Shown here piece by piece: positions 12,510-24,544 of a stretch of DNA of 64,000 nt. Source of the stretch: Mobula hypostoma (taxonomy: Eukaryota); NCBI RefSeq assembly GCF_963921235.1, contig NC_086107.1, positions 110,486,001 to 110,550,000 of the forward strand, given 5' to 3'. The notes under the pieces were generated by a model. The model saw only the letters and a program-made list of their open reading frames with translations. It had not been told where the DNA came from and ran no database searches. The position numbers and the translations under genes were made by a program. Position 1 is the stretch's first letter. The number at the start of each line of letters is the position of its first letter.

Positions 12510-13200
12510 TAACACGCACACAATGCTGGAGGAACTCAGCAGGCCAGGCAGCATCTATGGAAAAGAGCACAGTTGAAGTTTTGGGCTGAGGCCCTTCGGC
12601 AGGCCTGGAGAAAAAAATATGAGGAGTTAAGATAAGAAGGCAGGGGGAGGGGAGGAGTTAAGAGTAAGAAGGCAGGAAGAGTTAAGGGTAAGGAGTTAAG
12701 GAGGAGTTAAGAGTAAGAAGAGTATGAAGAGTATGAAGAGTAAGAAGAGAAGAGTATGAGGAGTTAAGAGTAAGAAGGCAGGGGGAGGGGAGGAAGAAAC
12801 ACAAGGTGATAGGTGAAATCATGGGGAACGGGGGAGGAGTGAAGTAAAGAGCTGGACAGTTGCTTGGTGAAAGAGATACAGGGTTGGAGAAGAGGGAATC
12901 TGATAGGAGAGGACAGACGGCCATGGAAGAAAGAAAAGGGAGAGGAGCACCAGAGGGAGGTAATGGGGAGGTAAGGAGATAAGGTGAGAGAGGGAAATGG
13001 GAATGGGGAATGGTGAAGGAGATGGGGGGGAAGGGCATTACCGGAAGTTTGAGAAATCGATGTTCATGCCATCAGATTGGAGGGTAGCTAGACAGAATAT
13101 AAGATTTTGCTCTTCTAACCTGAGTGTGGCCTTATCACGACAGTAGAGGAGGCAGTGGACTGACATGTCAGAATGGGAATGGGAAGTGGAATTAAAATGG
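12510..13200 (-). mobile_element. Penelope-like 3' fragment/pLTR with internal GA-rich expansion
   Basis: caatgctggaggaactcagcaggccaggcagcatc pLTR end; antisense GMNIDFSNF at 13040-13070. Confidence 0.75.
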
Positions 13201-14312
13201 CCGAAAGCCTTGCTTATCCGTTCATCAGATTTGGGCCGTGGCCGTGGTTTAAATTCTCTCTACTGCATTAGACAGGAGGGACAAGGGCCATAGGTTCAGG
13301 ACCAGGCTCAGGGACAGTTACTACCCTTCAACCTTCAGGATCCAAAAGATAACTTCACTCACATCAAGTCTGGACTGACTCCACAACCTATAAGCCCACT
13401 TTCAAGGTCTCCACAACTCATGTTCTCAGTATTTTAAAATTACTTTTATTTTATTATTTGCAAAATTTGTCTCCTTTTGCACATTGGTTGCTTGTCAGTC
13501 TTTGTTATGCATACATTTTAATAAATTCTATGTATTTCTTTATTTTTTCTATAATTGCCAGCAAAAAAAAATCTCAAGTTAGCATATGGTGACATATACA
13601 TAATTTTAAAATAAATTTACTTTGAACTTTGAACTTTGTTTCCCTGTCAGATTCATCTATCTCTTGACAAAAAGATACACTCTAGCTGGGCATTCCCATA
13701 CCTTGGGGGGAAGAGAATGGCGAAGATTCACGTCCGCGGAACAAAGAAACTTGTCCTGAACTCGATCCAAAGTGGTGGGGGTAACCAATTGTTTCCTTAC
13801 ACAATGGTTCTTTGGTCTATAAGCACCGAGGCTGAGATCATCTATCCCAGCACTACCCAAAGTAAATTCCCCGTTGCCATGGAAACACCATTTTATTAGG
13901 AAACATTCCTCACACACAAAATAAGGATAAATATACCACGCGTGAACACTCACTGACAGGCACCCTACCACCATTCAGTAGTCAGGGAAATGAGGCACTG
14001 ACAATGATTTAGAAAAATACTCGTTTCCCCCCCCCCCCTCCACTTAACATTTTGTCAACCATGGCTCAGTGGGCAGGACTCCCAGCTCCACAGCCTATTC
14101 CGGAGATCTGAACGCATACACACATGCAAAAAACCTGGCACCCATCAAAGAACAAGTCTCAGCTGCTGCAGTTCTAAAATACAGAACGCTGGGTGTACCT
14201 AGCAGCCAGAGAGAAAATGAATCTGTTCATCTCACCTCACAGATGCTGCCTGACCTGCTGTGTATTCTCAGTATTTTTATTTAATTTGCTTTTATTTAGC
14301 CTGATTTTAGAA

Positions 14313-14630
14313 CATTAAGGGCATCCGTTAGTCTTGCAAGACCATGGATCTGCGCCTGGAAAGTCTTCACTCTCCAGGGCGCAGGCCTGGGCAAGGTTGT
14401 ATGGAAGACCAGCAGTTGCCCATGCTGCAAGTCTCCCCTCTTCACGACACCAATGTTGTCCAAGGGAAGGGCATTAGGACCCATACAGCTTGGCACCAGT
14501 GTCGTCGCAGAGCAATGTGTGGTTAAGTGCCTTGCTCAAGGACACAACACGTTGCCTCGGCTGGGGCTCGAACTCACGACCTTCAGATCACTAGTCCAAT
14601 GCCTTAACCACTTGGCCACGTGCCCACAAT
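14313..14630 (-). mobile_element. tRNA-derived SINE (second family), 9-bp TSD
   Basis: Minus head gcacgtggccaagtggttaagg..gagttcgagccc (A/B boxes); TSD attttagaa at 14304-14312 and 14631-14639; second copy at 54637-54944. Confidence 0.85.
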
Positions 14631-14974
14631 ATTTTAGAAGATAAAAGGTAGAAAACTAAAGCACAGTACAGGCTCTATGGCCCACAATGTTGTGCCAGCA
14701 TTTTAACCTACTCTAAGCTCAATCTAACCCTTCCCTCCTGCACAGCTCTTCATTTTTCTATCATCCATGTGGCCTTCTAAGAGTTTATTAAATGCCCCAG
14801 AGGTGTCTGTCTCTTCCACCACCCCTGGCAATGCATTCCACGCACACACCAGTCTCTGTGTGATGAACTCACCTCTGACATCCCCTTTTATTTTCCTCCA
14901 ATCATCTTAAAATTATGGCCCCTGGTATAAGCCATTTCTGCCCCGGGAAAAAAATCTCCGCCTATCCGCTCGAC

Positions 14975-15505
14975 CTCGTGATCATGAGGCCCAACGTTGG
15001 TCGGGGTTGATCATGGATATTGTGTCCCGGCTGTCTACGTGATAAGCTAGTACACAAGCCAGGGCGGTACGATATGGAGAGCAAGCTGTTGCCCATGTAG
15101 CAGACTCCCCCTCTCCACGCGTCTGATGAACCCCAAGCAATGCCAGAGACTGATACAGCTTGGGACCACTGGCACGGTAGGAGTTGCCAGCCAGCATTGA
15201 ACTCAATGTAGGACTGCCTGAGGGACTCCAGCCCTGGATGTCTCCCGAAGCCTTCCCCGTGAGTGAGCATAGCCGTGAGGCAGCGGAGGTTTGAGATCAG
15301 AGGTTTCCTTCCGTTTCCTTAGATGAGCTGCCAACCACGGCTGACGAGCCCCATTTGCCTGGAGTGACTGATTTTAAGGCACTAGTAACCTGCCTTTTCC
15401 CCATCTCTTGTCAGTAGAAACGGTTCCACGGAGCTTAGTAACTAACTCACATGTGAAGGCCAGGAGCTGGACTTGGTTGTCAGAGGCTATTTGAGACGCA
15501 AGCCA
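14975..15505 (-). mobile_element. Non-coding element related to the tail of the 14313 SINE (probably RTE-derived)
   Basis: gttgcccatgtagcagactccccctctccacg resembles gttgcccatgctgcaagtctcccctctccacg of the SINE; adjoins a CR1 3' fragment (14650-14975). Confidence 0.45.
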
Positions 15506-15814
15506 TTGCCACTCCCCACCCCCAGCTATAACAAGGAACCAATTGCTCGACTTATGCCACTTATTTAATCGAGGAAGGCATTTCGGTGAATGCCCTGGGA
15601 AATGCAACACAGTTGGAGGTGACAGACATTAAAATCTGTTCTCTTAGGTGCGGTAGAGATGAAAGATCCTATGACACTACTTGAGGATGAAAGGAAATCT
15701 CCCCAGATTCTTGGTTAACATTATCCTTCAATCAATATTGCTAAAGTATTTTTTTAACCTTATGTTTTCTTCTTGGATTAAAGTAGGTAAAATACCTACT
15801 TTAATTAAAAAGAT

Positions 15815-16222
15815 CTTACTTACTCACTGCCTGTTACACCGCTAGCGTTTAGGGAAGCAATGAAGGTCCTCTGTCTCTGGCGGTGTTCAGGGTTTCCTTC
15901 ATCGTGTCAGTCACTCGGTTTTCAGTACATGCAAGTACTGAGTCTCAGGAATACCGACACACTCAGATGTAGAAGGATTCTTCATTGCTGTTTCCGTAAC
16001 AGTTATGTTTGACCAGTTAGGGTTGTTAGCCCTGAGATGAGCCCCCAGAACTTGGAGGGCCAGTGAGCCACTCTTAGTCTGGCCTCTACCCTTTGACCTG
16101 TTTGGCATGGGTGACCCTACCAAGAGCCAAAGCATAAAACCCTGACTCCAGCCAACATCGCTCTCTGGGTCATTGAGGCACACAAGCCTCTAAACCATGA
16201 GGAGGTTGTGGTCCTCTTGGAC
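15815..16222 (-). mobile_element. Bipartite non-autonomous RTE element (5' UTR fused to 3' end)
   Basis: Minus strand has the RTE 5' motif ggtagggtcacccatgccaaacaggtcaaagggtagagg and a (TAAG)n tail; copies at 20044-20470 and 51451-51868. Confidence 0.75.
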
Positions 16223-16242
16223 GAATAAAAAAAAAGAGCAGG

Positions 16243-16360
16243 ATGATATTAATCCCAAAATCTGATGAGAACAAAAAGTTGAAATCAATGGACCACTGGC
16301 ACCCTATCACCATTAATTTGATTCATCTGCGTTTGCTTTTGAAGATTTTGGCCAAGCAAT
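16243..16360 (+). mobile_element. Short RT fragment resembling R2/RLE-clade non-LTR elements
   Basis: ILIPKS...DHWHPITINLIHLRLLLKILAK resembles the (T)LIPK..W(R)PITI....RL..KILA RT motif. Confidence 0.5.
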
Positions 16361-16911
16361 GGACACAGTTGTCCTTAGTTGCTGTAAGTAGGTATTCGTC
16401 TGGTCATTACCGTACTGCTTTTTCAGAGATCTTGAGCAAAATAGACCATTGTGTGTGTTGCTGAAGATCTGTCATCAGGTTTCTGAACGGTCCATGAACA
16501 CTTCCTCACCACTAACTTTGCACTAACTTTTAACGAATCTTGCACGAAGACTCCTGAGTCCCTTAATAATAAATAACCAGCACATTAAGCAATAAGTAGA
16601 TAGCTCAGGCACTTTGGAAGGACTGCTTGCAAGGAAATTTTTACAAAAGAGAACAGGTTTAAGGTCCTCACATGCTTTTGCTTTAAGGAAAGAAATGTGA
16701 GAATGTTGTATAATAGGCTGGTGTCTGGGGACCATAAAGTACCGCTGGAGTTAAAGTAGGCCAGAGGGTGTAATTAATTTAAAGCAAAAGGATAGAATTG
16801 GGTGAGATATGAAGTTATATGTTCTGAAGGTTTAAGCAGAAATGAAAGGAAGAGAAGAGCAAATTACTGAAGATGAATCTGTCTATGACCCAACTGGTTA
16901 GACTCGGGAAT

Positions 16912-18030
16912 TCGAATCAGGATCAAGTTTGTTATCACGGATCTATGTACAATTTGTCATGGAATTTGTTGTTTTGTGGCAGCAGTATTATGCCAGACAT
17001 TAAAAATTACTATACGTTACAATAATTTCCTCCATTTCCTGAGGAGACTGAGGTCCTTTAACATCAGCCGGATGATGCTGAGGATGTTCTACGAGTCTGT
17101 GGTGGCCAGTGCGATCATGTTTGCTGTTGTGTGCTGGGGCAGCAGGCTGAGGGTAGCAGACACCAACAGGATCAACAAACTCATTCGTAAGGCCGGTGAT
17201 GTTGTGGGGATGGAACTGGACTCTCTGACGGTGGTGTCTGAAAAGAGGATGCTGTCCAAGTTGCATGCCATCTTGGACAATGTCTCCCATCCACTACATA
17301 ATGTACTGGGTGGGCACAGGAGTACATTCAACCAGAGACTCTTCCCACCGAGATGCAACACAGAGCGTCATAGGAAGTCATTCCTGCCTGTGGCCATCAA
17401 ACCTTACAACTCCTCCCTTGGAGGGTCAGACACCCTGAGCCTATAGGCTGGTCCTGGACTTATTTCCTGGCGTAATTTACATACTCTATTTAACTATTTA
17501 TGGTTTTATTACTATTTAATTATTTATGGAGCAACTGTAACGAAAACCAATTTCCCCCGGGATCAATAAAGTATGACTATGACTATGACTATGACTATGA
17601 CTATGACTATGACTAATAAAATATTAAAATAAATAAATGATGCAATAGAGGAATAGTGAGGTAGCGTTCATGGGTTCATTGTCTGTTCAGACTTCTGATG
17701 GTGGAGGGGAAGAAACTGTTCCTAAACTGTTGACCGCGTGCCTTCAGGCTCCTGTACTTCTGCCCCGATGGTAGCAATGAGACAAGGACAAGTCCTGGAC
17801 GATGAGTGTCCTTAATGGAGGATGCTGCCTTCCTGAAGCACCGACTTTTGAAGATGTTCTTGCTGGTGGGGAGGCTCGTGCCTGTGACGGATCTGGCAGA
17901 GTCTACAGCCCTCTGGAGCCTCTCTCTCTGTGCGTGGCTCCCCAATACCAAGCAGTGATGAAACCAGCCAGAACGCTCTCCACGGCACGTCTGCGGAAGC
18001 TTGCTAGAGACTTTCGTGATATACTAAATC
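16912..18030 (-). mobile_element. Older Rex1/Babar fragment hosting a younger insertion
   Basis: ORF RERLQRAVDSARSVTGTSLP..LLPSGQKYRSLK..FRNSFFPSTIR; tail at 16912-16940. Confidence 0.8.
17026..17614 (+). mobile_element. Young Rex1/Babar 3' fragment with (ATGACT)n tail
   Basis: Uninterrupted FLRRLRSFNISR.MLRMFYESVVASAI.FAVVCWG..HPLH..TERHRKSFLPVAIK.YNS; perfect gactat tail; possible aataa TSD (17021-17025/17615-17619). Confidence 0.9.
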
Positions 18031-18274
18031 TTGTTGCAAAACTCGTAATATTTATCCTGACTCACAAATATTTATAGGGAATATCAGTCTGCAGCGGTGG
18101 CTGAATTTGCTCCGAGGTAGAACACTGGTCTCTTGTGTGTCCAGTCTCGCTCCTGAACTTCCATCATCTCAGCAGGTGCTTCACAGTAGCACTTCATGGG
18201 GGTGAACAGCTTTCAGAGAAGATGTTATACTGAGGCTCTGTGTTAACAGGTAAGGTGTTAAACTGAGGCCTTAG

Positions 18275-18486
18275 ACCATCACAAGTCCTGGTTATGTGAC
18301 CACTGATGCCAGGCAGACACTCTCTGAAGAGTATTGATCATGGCTGGGGCCACCCTTCTTGTAAAGACACTGCTCAGGAGATGGCAATTGCAAACCACTT
18401 CTGGAGAAACATTTGCCAAGAACAAGCAGGTTATGGAAAGACCATGATCACCTATGTCAAACGACAAGGCACATAATGAACAAACT
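18275..18486 (+). mobile_element. RTE-related short element
   Basis: gatggcaattgcaaaccacttc resembles the BovB/RTE GGCAATGGCAAACCAC motif. Confidence 0.45.
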
Positions 18487-18915
18487 TAGAACGTAGAACT
18501 GTACAGCACAGTACAGACCATTCAGCCCACAATGCTGTGCTGGTCTTTTAACCTACTCCATTCTAACCCTTCAATCATAGATCAATCTAGTCCCTATCAA
18601 GTTAACCCTTTCCTCATGCATAGACCATAACCCTCCATTACTTTCATGTAGGGATAATTAGCAGTGCAAAATTGTATGTGCCTACTGGCACATCCTTGGG
18701 ATGTGGAAGGGAACAAGAGCACTGTGGTTACAGGAAAACTGTGAAGACTCCACAAAGACAGCAAAGCCAAGGTCAAGATTAAACTCAGTTCTCTACAACA
18801 GAGTTACTGTGCAGGAGTGAAATATCTCACGGCACTTTCACTCAATCTGGCTGCCACATTTCCCATGGATAAAAGTCCCGTTCAGTCCCAGCTAAAAGTG
18901 ACTGTTTTACAACTA

Positions 18916-19685
18916 CAGTGGATTCCTGTTAATTGGGCCATTGGTTAATCAGGGCAGCCATTTATTTGGGACAGCTCTTAAAGAACAAAAACTCAATTGT
19001 GAAAATAGTCCTTATTCCCTTCGTTTATTCGGGACACTTTGCCAATCAGTTGGTTCAGGAGACTTACTGAACAGGTACTAACTTGCAATAATTGCGTGTG
19101 CTTGTGTGGCCCTTAGACACTACACGGCACTTGGAACAAAAGGTTTTTAAATGGCGTCATTTGCGTGTGTTTCTGTTCAAAAAGCAGTGATTTTTGTCAC
19201 TGATGGTTGGCGAGAAATAAGCACTAAGACAATTCCGAAATGTTACGCTCACTGAAGTTTAAGCATTCAGGTTTGGAGATGCCAGGCATGGCCGGGAGTG
19301 AAAATGAAACCATTTCATTACTTCAACATGTGAGGAATTACAAAAAATTTGAAGGTATTATGAATGTTACAATGAAAATGAAGATTTGGAGGATACAGTC
19401 ATCTAAAGCATCCTGTGAAGCTAGTCCATTATCTACACAAGGTGTTGGGTTGATTTTGTTCATTTAACAGTTGATCGTAAGAGCATGGCAGATGAATTCC
19501 TCTGTCGATAACTATTAGGAACTAATACACATTTATAGTACTGTAGAGGTATTGGTAATGTTCTAAGTTGTTCTGTTCTTCATACCTTTTAACTTTTTTC
19601 ATGAAACTCTGGTTAATTGGGGCAGCTGCTTAATTGGGCCAAAATGTACTGGTCCTGACGTGTCCCAGTTAACCAGAATCCGCTA
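18916..19685. mobile_element. Non-autonomous pogo/Tigger-type DNA transposon
   Basis: TA|cagtggattcctgttaattggg ... cccagttaaccagaatccgcta|TA terminal inverted repeats, with internal taattggg subrepeats. Confidence 0.75.
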
Positions 19686-20043
19686 TATTTCAGGGTTAGT
19701 TACACGAGGTGTAGAATGTCATGTAGTAGTACTCAGTGGGCAAGCAGGCTGAGGGACAGCTGAATGGCGCTGTACGATAAATTCTTCAGTGTGACCGCAG
19801 CATCCATCAGATGAATCAATAACCGACACATAGCAAGGATCGGGGGCCCATTGTTTAACTTAAGTGGTCAACCAGAGACAAGACCAAAGATGGATGATGG
19901 GTCTCTGGAACTTTCTTCTCAAAAGCTATGCAAGAGCTGTCTTTGCCTACTTGAGGAAAAAGATAGGTAGATATTTGAAGAGAAGGGCGATGCAAGGTTA
20001 CTGGAGCCAGAAGGAATGCAAAGTTGAGGTTGCATTCAGATTC

Positions 20044-20470
20044 CTTACTGACTGCCTGTTACACCATTGGCGTTTAGGGCAGCAATGAAGGTTCTCCATC
20101 TCTGGTCATGTTCAGGGCTTCCTTCATCCTGCCAGCGGCTTTCTCTCAGTTTTCACTACCGTCAGTCATGCAAGTCCCGGGTGGAGACTCAGGAATACCA
20201 TCACACTCAGATGTAGAAGGATTCTTCATTGCTGTTTCCGTAACAGTTTCAGTCTTGCCAGTCAGGGTTGTTAGCCCCGAGCTGAACCCTCTGAACCTGG
20301 AGGACCAGTGGACCACTGTTAATCTGACCTTTACTCTTTGACCTGTTTGGCATGGGTGACCCTACCAAGACTCGAAGCATAAAGCCCTGGCTCCAGCCAA
20401 CATCGCTCTCTGGGTCATTGAAGCACGCAAGCCTCCAAACCACGACAAGGTTGTGATCCTCCTGGAAGAC
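20044..20470 (-). mobile_element. Bipartite non-autonomous RTE element
   Basis: Colinear with 15815-16222. Confidence 0.75.
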
Positions 20471-20997
20471 AGTCAGATCAGCCACCATCTAACCACAATA
20501 CTGATGTTTAAGTGGCCTATCCTGGCCCCTAGTTTATTGCAATGTTTGTGTACAGGAATGTCTGTCTGTAGGAATGTTCATGTGCAGCTCTGTCTATGTG
20601 TTGGAATGTTTTTGCATAGGAGAAGTCTGTGCATTCAGATTCTGCATAGTGGCATGTTTTGTGTGCAGGAATTTACCCTCAGTGTCCTCTTTATTTTGCA
20701 CCTCCTGTACCTAATAAGGTGGTCACTGAGTGTGTGTTCATGGTCTTCTGCTGCTGTAGCCCATCCACTTCAAGGTTCCACGTGATGTGCGTTCAGAGGT
20801 GCTCCTCTGCACTCCACTGGTTATTTGAGTTACTGTTGCCTTCCTGCCAGTTTGAACCAGTATTAGTCTCTGACCTCTCTCACTAACAAGGCACTTTCCC
20901 TCACAGAACTGCCACTCACTGGATATTTCTTTGTTCTTTTCATACCATTCTTTGCGAATTCTACAGATTATTGTGCAGGATACTTGGTAGTGTGGAG

Positions 20998-22186
20998 GAT
21001 TAGATTAGATTAGATTATGAGGACACACAGTCCTCATTTATTGTCATTTAGAAATGCATGCATTAAAAAATGATACAATAAAGGATATAAATAAGGTTGA
21101 AAGAGTGCAGAGAAAGTTTACAAGGATGTTGCCGGGACTTGAGAAACTCAGTTACAGAGAAAGGTTGAATAGGTTAGCACTTTATTCCCTGGAGCGTAGA
21201 AGAATGAGGGGAGATTTGATAGAGGTATATAAAATTATGATTGGTATAGATAGAGTGAATGCAAGCAGGCTTTTTCCCACTGAGGCAAGGGGAGAAAAAA
21301 ACCAGAGGACATGGGTTAAGGGTGAGGGGGGAAAAGTTTAAGGGAACATTAGGGGGGGCTTCTTCACACAGAGAGTGGTGGGAGTATGGAATGAGCTGCC
21401 AGACGAGGTGGTAAATGCGGGTTCTTTTTTAACATTTAGGAATAAATTGGACAGATACATGGATGGAAGGTGTATGGAGGGATATGGTCCGTGTGCAGGT
21501 CAGTGGGACTAGGCAGAAAATGGTTCGGCACAGCCAAGGAGGGCCAAAAGGCCTGTTTCTGTGCTGTAGTTTCTATGGTTCTATAGTTCTAATGTTCCTC
21601 CGGTATGATATCACAGAAACACAAGACAGACCAAGACTAAAACTGACAAAAACTACATAATTATAACATATAGTTACAATAGTGCAAAGCAATACCGTAA
21701 TTTGATAAGATCAGACCATGGACACGGTAAAAAAAAGTCTCAAAGTCCTGATAGCCCAACATCTCACGCAGACGGTTGAAGGGAGAAACTCTCCCTGCCA
21801 TGAGCTTCCAGCGCTGCAAACTTGCCGATGCAGCATCCTGGAAGCACCTGACCACAGTCCGACTCTGAGTCCGTCTGAAAACTTTGAGCCTCCGACCAGC
21901 CCTCCGACACCAAGCACCGAGCACCATCTCTGCCGAGCGCTTCAACCCCGCCCCAGCCGCCGAGCAACAAGCAAAGCCGAGGATTTGGGGCCTTCCCCTC
22001 CGGAGATTTTGGATCACGCAGTAGCGGCAGCAGCGAAACAGGCATTTCAAAAGTTTCACCAGATGTTCCTCCGTGCTCTCACATCTGCCTCCATCAAATC
22101 AGAATTGTGCACAGCCTCCTATTTGACAGATTACACATATTCATCACCAGAGAGGCCGCGTGCGCTGCATCGTGCCGCCATCTTGA
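20998..22186 (-). mobile_element. Non-autonomous retroelement (6232 family) interrupted by a CR1
   Basis: gattagattagattag tail; minus 5' end begins aagatggcgg; body matches 6232-6855. Confidence 0.65.
21081..21590 (+). mobile_element. CR1 3' end
   Basis: KDINKVERVQRKFTRMLPGLEKLSYRERLNRL.LYSLERRRMRGDLIEVYKI; ttctatggttctatagttcta tail. Confidence 0.9.
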
Positions 22187-24273
22187 TCTTGAGGTACATG
22201 TCCACAGATCCCCGAAAGTTGCCTCACAGGTAGATAGGGTAGTTAAGAAAGCTTATGGGGTGTTAGGTTTCATAAGTCGAGGGATAGAGTTTAAGAGTCG
22301 CGGGGTAGGTTCCTCTCTTCCTTTTGATTTGAAACGCCTTAAACAGGTGTCTAACCCGATAGTTAAATATACCTTGCGTATTTGGTTTCAATTCAGAAAA
22401 TTTTTTGATCTTAATCAATTTGGGTTAGTGATTCCTATTTTAGGTAACATATTTTTTCCTCCCTCTTTTACGGATCGTGCTTTTCAAACTTGGAAGACTA
22501 AGGGTATTTCACGGTTTTTGGATTTATTTTTAGATGGTTCCCTTATGTCTTTTGAACAATTATCTAATAAATATAACTTATCAAGAATACATTTTTTTAG
22601 ATATCTACAAGTTAGAAATTTCCTAAGTACTGTACTTTCTTCCTTTCCAATGCTTCCTCCTACATACATTTTAGATACTATAATCAACCTTAATCCATGT
22701 CAGAAAGGTGCATCGGCTATGATTTATAATATTATTATGAAACTTAGGAAAGCTCCATTTGATAAGATTAGGGTAGATTGGGAACAGGAATTGGGGTTTA
22801 CCATTTCCGTGGATGACTGGGGGCAGATTTTACAATTAGTCAATACTTCCTCTATCTGTGCTAAACATTCCCTAATTCAATTTAAAGTTGTTCATAGAGC
22901 ACATATGTCCAAAGATAAGTTAGCGCGCTTTTATTCTCATATTAATCCTTTTTGTGATAGATGTCCGGGGCAGATAGCCTCTTTAACTCATATGTTTTGG
23001 TCTTGCCCTACTTTGGAAACTTTTTGGAGAGACATTTTTAATATTATCTCTAAGATATTGAATATAGATATCTCTCCTCACCCTATTACTGCTATCTTTG
23101 GACTACCTAAAATTTCCAGTAATCTTTCCCCTTCAGCCCGTAGAATGATTGCATTTCTTACTTTAATGGCAAAAAGATGTATCTTACAACATTGGAAAGA
23201 GCTTAATGCTCCAACTACCTTTTTTTGGTTTTCTCAGACGATATTATGCTTGAATTTGGAGAAAATTAGAAGCAATCTTTATGACTCCTTATTTAAATTT
23301 GAACAAACTTGGAGATCTTTTATTCAATATTTTCATTTAATGTAATATATACCCTTCTTGTTTTTTTTTACTGTTTTTAATGGAGGTCGGGATTGAGGAC
23401 GTGATTTTAAGTTTAACTCTGTTTGGTTTCAAGTTAGCCCATTGCTTTGCTTTGCTTTTAGTTAGTTGCACGGTGGGTTTTTTTTGGGGGGTTTTTTCCT
23501 TTTCTCTATTGATATATATATAAAATTAGTATACTATTATGTTACCTTGGTATGTTATGTTTAAATTACATTGTTTGTAGTATTTTTTTTGTATTAATAT
23601 CTTCTGTAATTTTATTATATTCTAACAGTGTATTAGTGGCTATATGGCTTACCTTTTTGTATACTTATTCAATAAAAAGATTTAAAAAGAAAGAAAGAAA
23701 AGAGTTGCGGGGTAATGATGCAGCTCTATAAAGCTCTGGTTAGGCCACACTTGGAGTACTGTGTCCAGTTCTAGTCGCCTCACTATAGGAAGGATGTGGA
23801 AGCATTGGAAAGGGTACAAAGGAGATCTACCAGGATGTTGCCTGGTTTAGAGAGTATGGATTATGATCAGAGATTAAGGGAGTTAGGGCTTTACTCTTTG
23901 GAGAGGAGGAGGATGAGGGGAGACATGATTGAGGTATACAAGATATTAAGAGGAATAGATAGAGTGGATAGCCAGCGCCTCTTCCCCAGGGCACCACTGC
24001 TCAATACAAGAGGATATGGCTTTAAAGTAAGGGGTGGGAAGTTCAAGGGGGATATTAGAGGAAGGTTTTTTACTCAGAGAGTTGTTAGTTCGTGGAATAC
24101 ACTGCCTGAGTCGGTGGTGGAGGCAGATACACTAGTGAAATTTATGGAGGAATATGGAGGAATTTAAGGTGGGGGGTTATATGGGAGGCAGGGTTTGAGG
24201 GTCGGCACAACAATGTGGGCCGAAGGGCCTGTACTGTGCTGTACTATTCTATGTTCTATGTTCTATGTTCTAT
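22187..24273 (+). mobile_element. CR1 3' fragment split by an L1 insertion
   Basis: VHRSPKVASQVDRVVKKAYGVLGFISRGIEFKSRG continues after 23714 as VMMQLYKALVRPHLEYCVQF..ERVQRR..; (CTATGTT)n tail. Confidence 0.9.
22308..23699 (+). mobile_element. Young 5'-truncated L1-clade LINE (ORF2 C-terminus, 3' UTR, A-rich tail)
   Basis: Open frame to 23345 with CDRC..SLTHMFWSC zinc knuckle; AATAAA at 23671; (GAAA)n tail; 15-bp TSD aagagt(c/t)gcggggta at 22293-22307 and 23700-23714. Confidence 0.92.
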
Positions 24274-24544
24274 GAACATCCCAGGAGATCAGCAGTTTCT
24301 GAGGTACTCAAATCACCCTGTCTGGCACCAACAATAATTTCTCCATCAAAGTCACTCAGATCATACTTCTTCCCCATTCTGATGTTTGGTCTGAACAACA
24401 ACTGAACCTCTTGTCTACGTCCGCATGCTTTTATGCACTGAGTTGCTGCCAGATGATTGGCTGATTAGATATTTGCATTAATGTGCAGGTGTACAGGTGT
24501 ACCTAATAAAGTGGCCACTGAGTGCACGTTTATTAAAATGTACG

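Larger units (their letters stand above)
20676..24524 (-). mobile_element. Tc1-derived non-autonomous element split by a 3.3-kb nested insertion stack
   Basis: TIR ..acctaataaagtggccactgagtg at 24501-24524; halves 20676-20980 and 24275-24524 join to match the intact copy at 35023-35557. Confidence 0.8.

Noticed and set aside
22107..23345. 412-aa ORF as a host gene
   Set aside because: Accidental in-frame fusion of non-coding repeat, CR1 and L1 ORF2 sequence, bounded by a TSD.
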